This document shows, in pieces, positions 60,952 to 64,000 of a stretch of 64,000 nucleotides of DNA (the first letter of the stretch is position 1; every line of letters begins with the position of its first letter). The position numbers were made by a program, and so were the translations under genes. This DNA is from Truepera sp. (GTDB lineage: Bacteria; Deinococcota; Deinococci; Deinococcales; Trueperaceae): positions 3,264,001 to 3,328,000 of the forward strand of contig CBDCKW010000009.1 in NCBI GenBank assembly GCA_965218435.1, in the 5' to 3' direction. The notes beneath the pieces were generated by a model. That model did no database searches, had not been told where the DNA came from, and saw nothing but the letters and a program-made list of their open reading frames with translations.

Positions 60952-61022
60952 TTGTCATTTGTAAATTGGCTTAAGCGTACCGGTAAATATAGAAAATGTC
61001 AAGTGGTCTAGACATATGACAA
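60952..61022 (-). promoter_or_regulatory. Polyol operon promoter flanked by two related operator-like sites
   Basis: Minus strand TTGACA (61002-60997)-17-TACGCT (60979-60974). TTGTCATTTGTAAA (60952-60965, plus) and TTGTCATATGTCTA (61022-61009, minus). Confidence 0.72.
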
Positions 61023-61269
61023 GGTAGAACCTTAGAATCACCGGGCACAGGCACTTGGTAGCCGCAAGTTGTAGTTACACGGTTGTAGTCGAATGTTGTA
61101 GTCATCAGTTAAGGTGGCGGTTCGGGCTGTAAGGAGTCGGTTTCAGGTTTCTACCAAGTTTCTACCAGGTGTGCCCCGAGTGAACAGCGCGTAACAGCAC
61201 AGGTGACAACGACAATTAACAGTGCAGCAAAGCCGGGTAAGGTATCGTGCAGGCTGGGGAGCGTTATCA

Positions 61270-62232
61270 GTGGAGCAGTCGGAAAAACTTGACAACTTAA
61301 TTCAGACTGCCTACCTCTATTATCACGAAGGGCTGACCCAGGCCGAAATTGCGCAAGCATTAGGCATCTCGAGACCCACCGTGGCTAATTTGCTCCAACG
61401 AGCCCGTACTGAAGGTCTCGTGACGATTACGCTGCGCCCCGACTACCTGAGCAGCCTGACGCTAGCCCGCGACCTCAAAACGCATTTTGGTCTGACGGAC
61501 GCGCTGATCGTCCCTACTTTGCCGGGTGCCGACACCGCGGCGGTCAACCGCGCCTTAGGCGCGATGGGGGCGCTTTACCTCGAGAAAGTCCTGACCCCCG
61601 GTGACGTGATCGCCACTGCCTGGGGCGCGACGATGCTCGAGGTCGCTCAGGCGCTGAGCGGCCGCACCGTTGACAACGTCACCATTGCCCAGTCGCTCGG
61701 CGGGCTCTCAACGGCCGATTCGTTTAATCCGGGCCGCGTCGCCACCCTGATGGGCGACAAACTCGGGGCCAGAACCTATCATCTTTACGTGCCGGCGGTA
61801 GTTGAATCCAAAGAGGTCAGAAATATCTTGCTCCGCGACCGCGCCATCTACTCCGCTTTTGAGGTAGCCCGCTCAGCCCACCGCGCGATCTTAGGGATCG
61901 GGAAGGTCTCGCACAGCGCCACCGTCATTAAAGCCGGGTTTATCAGCACGCAGCAGATGGACGAGTTGCACGCGAAGGGTGCGGTCGGTGACATGTCCGG
62001 GCGTTTTTTTGACCTTGACGGCAAACCTGTGGTGACCGACCTCGACGCGCGGATTATCGCGCTCTCACTAGATGACCTTAAAACTATCGCGCCGGTCATC
62101 GCCGTTGCGGGCGGCGAGGATAAGGTCGAGGCAATTTTAGGGGCGCTTAGAGGCGGCTACTTAGACGTCTTAATCGTAGACGAGCAGACCGCCAAGAAGG
62201 TCTTAAAACGCAGTCAAGACGCGGGCGCTTAA
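61270..62232 (+). CDS. SorC/DeoR family sugar-binding transcriptional regulator
   Basis: AYLYYHEGLTQAEIAQALGISRPTV HTH, AWGATM, GAVGD and GGEDKVEAILGALRGG motifs; GTG 61270 preferred, 61222 possible. Confidence 0.93.
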   Translation: MEQSEKLDNLIQTAYLYYHEGLTQAEIAQALGISRPTVANLLQRARTEGLVTITLRPDYLSSLTLARDLKTHFGLTDALIVPTLPGADTAAVNRALGAMGALYLEKVLTPGDVIATAWGATMLEVAQALSGRTVDNVTIAQSLGGLSTADSFNPGRVATLMGDKLGARTYHLYVPAVVESKEVRNILLRDRAIYSAFEVARSAHRAILGIGKVSHSATVIKAGFISTQQMDELHAKGAVGDMSGRFFDLDGKPVVTDLDARIIALSLDDLKTIAPVIAVAGGEDKVEAILGALRGGYLDVLIVDEQTAKKVLKRSQDAGA

Positions 62233-62737
62233 GCTTCCGCTGAGGTTTTAGCAGCGGGTGACGTTGCTAGCGTAATTAGAACCTATCCGAAAACCCTCCT
62301 TAATTTCCCCATCTAACATTAGATTCGGCGAACGAAGCGGGATAAAAGCACGTGTGAAACGCTTTTCGTAAAGGGCGTTGCAAGAGCAAAGAAGTTAGAC
62401 GGTACGGCCTTGATTGGGACTAGCTTTGTACAAAAAGTCATAGGGATGCGCTTCGAAGAATTTACTTACGTTTTGTGTCGTTAAAAGATTTGACAACTCT
62501 CGCTGGTGACAGCAAAAGCTAGCCAAAGTCACACATCAACTTTTCGGCGTGAAAACTTGTGAGGTCAAGAGCTACTTCTTGTGCAAAGCCGTTAGGACGA
62601 CCGCATGCGCGTGTTGTTTCGCTTGCTGAACCAGACTTAGCTGACCAGTTGGTACACTCGGCTCCGAAAAGCAGTACTTTGCAAATTTGAACCTATATAC
62701 CGAGCCGTGTAAACTAGCTATTGTGGCTTTAGAAAAT

Positions 62738-64000
62738 ATGCCTGAAAGCCCTTGGCGCAGTCTTTTTGAAACGGTGCGGGGGGCGCTGCACAATCGGCGG
62801 GACGAGCGGGGCGTCGTCGGGTCGATCAACTGGCTCCGTCAGGGGATGGCCGAACGCGGGGCCAATCCGAACGTCGTACGTAATATTATCTACCGCGACA
62901 AAGGCAAGCTCGCCGACAAACGGGTGCTTTTCGGCCTCTTAAGCGAACTTTGGGAGAGCACCGAGCACCCCCCGCTCGAGGCTCCTGAGATCGAGCGGCT
63001 CCTAAGCGCCGCTCCCGACCGAGGGGAGGCGTTACAGCTTTTGGGCCGGGACAAGCGCCGTATTTACGAAGGTTTTGTCGGCGCGTTGCGGGCGGGCAAA
63101 CGCCCCAAACTGCTGGTGACCGGCCGCCCCGGATCGGGTAAAACGCTCCTTATTGATTATCTGCAAGAGGGGCTCGAGCGTGCAGCGCAAGCGCCGCAGA
63201 GTACAACCCGGAGTAAAACCCAAAGTGCACCGCAGGTCATCCGGCAAGAATTTTCGGCGCTCAACTTAGCCGACGCGCTGCTTCACCTCTCGCTCGCACT
63301 CGGAGGCTCGCCGCAGGCGTTTGCCGCCAAACTCGTCAAGGTCGGCGTCGCGGGCGCGTACTCGGTTCAGGCCGACGCGCAGGCCGGGGTTGCCAGAGTC
63401 GTATTAGAGCAGCTGCGAAACCGCCAAGGCCCGGTGGTGCTGCTACTGCACGTGTCGCAGTCTTCGGGGGGCACGCAGCCCGGACAGTTAGGCGACGTCC
63501 CGCTGCGCCTTAACACCCCGGAGGTGCCCCGGGTCGGCCTGACCGAATGGCTCTGGCATACGCTGCTGGAGCCACTTGGTCACCTGGGTCAGGTGAGTCT
63601 ACTCGTCAGCATGGCCGAGCTGCCCATAAGCTTGGCGGGCCGGACCGAAGCCTTTGAAGGTCCCTACAAGCTGAGCCCGCCGACGACCGCCGAGGCGCGG
63701 CGTTTTGTCCGCACCAAAGCGCCGCAGTTGCCGCCTGAACAGCAAGAAAAGCTCTTAGGGCAGGCCAAAGGCTCGTTTGAAAACCTCCGTACCCTGACGC
63801 TGCTCGCTGAAGCTCGTGAACCGCACGGTAACGGTTGGGACGAACACTCGAGTGACAGCCGGGATGAGCGTTGGCGTGAAGGTCAGGGCAATGTTCATGG
63901 TGGTGAGCGTCCAAGCGAGCAACTCGGTCAGCTCGTGACAACCGGCTCGAGCCGTATCCGGGACTTTCTCGAGGTGTTGGCGGTGCTGTCGCTGCCTGAG
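62738..64000 (+). CDS. P-loop NTPase-domain protein, 3' truncated by the window end
   Basis: Open from ATG 62738 to the end with no stop, so it is absent from the ORF track. Begins MPESPWRSLFE...GSINWLRQGM...NVVRNIIYRDKG; Walker A GRPGSGKT at 63122-63145. Confidence 0.85.
   Translation, partial: MPESPWRSLFETVRGALHNRRDERGVVGSINWLRQGMAERGANPNVVRNIIYRDKGKLADKRVLFGLLSELWESTEHPPLEAPEIERLLSAAPDRGEALQLLGRDKRRIYEGFVGALRAGKRPKLLVTGRPGSGKTLLIDYLQEGLERAAQAPQSTTRSKTQSAPQVIRQEFSALNLADALLHLSLALGGSPQAFAAKLVKVGVAGAYSVQADAQAGVARVVLEQLRNRQGPVVLLLHVSQSSGGTQPGQLGDVPLRLNTPEVPRVGLTEWLWHTLLEPLGHLGQVSLLVSMAELPISLAGRTEAFEGPYKLSPPTTAEARRFVRTKAPQLPPEQQEKLLGQAKGSFENLRTLTLLAEAREPHGNGWDEHSSDSRDERWREGQGNVHGGERPSEQLGQLVTTGSSRIRDFLEVLAVLSLPE

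Overview
A 64-kb piece of bacterial chromosome, roughly 57-60% GC by eye. It most likely comes from Deinococcota, probably Trueperaceae-like. This is inferred from many leaderless -10/start-codon arrangements, a Dr0824-like deaminase with mqnC, and a Deinococcus-type wHTH protein. Core and metabolic content: the 3' end of recR, topA, terC-mscS-DUF2254, a sirtuin, a peptide ABC transporter lacking ATPase genes, a metal-efflux island (SmtB/ArsR, two CDF transporters, a di-haem cytochrome c), acnA, an ArsR-SRPBCC-RibD-like-DinB cluster with one pseudogene, trxA, futalosine-pathway genes, one IS630 element, and a 15-kb polyol/tetritol catabolic locus. An unannotated P-loop NTPase ORF runs off the right end. 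Most notable observations: (1) TopA ends in a domain that aligns without gaps to sigma-70 region 4 but lacks the -35-reading residues. (2) A 1-kb intergenic region (10.0-11.0 kb) holds several candidate small RNAs whose C-rich and G-rich loops are mutually complementary. (3) The palindrome CTCGAG is strongly iterated across the window, as HIP1 is in cyanobacteria. (4) Short tandem micro-duplications recur, several at gene junctions. (5) A 16-bp bidirectional promoter appears to drive two leaderless genes. All calls come from reading the sequence and recalled family motifs; no database searches were run.
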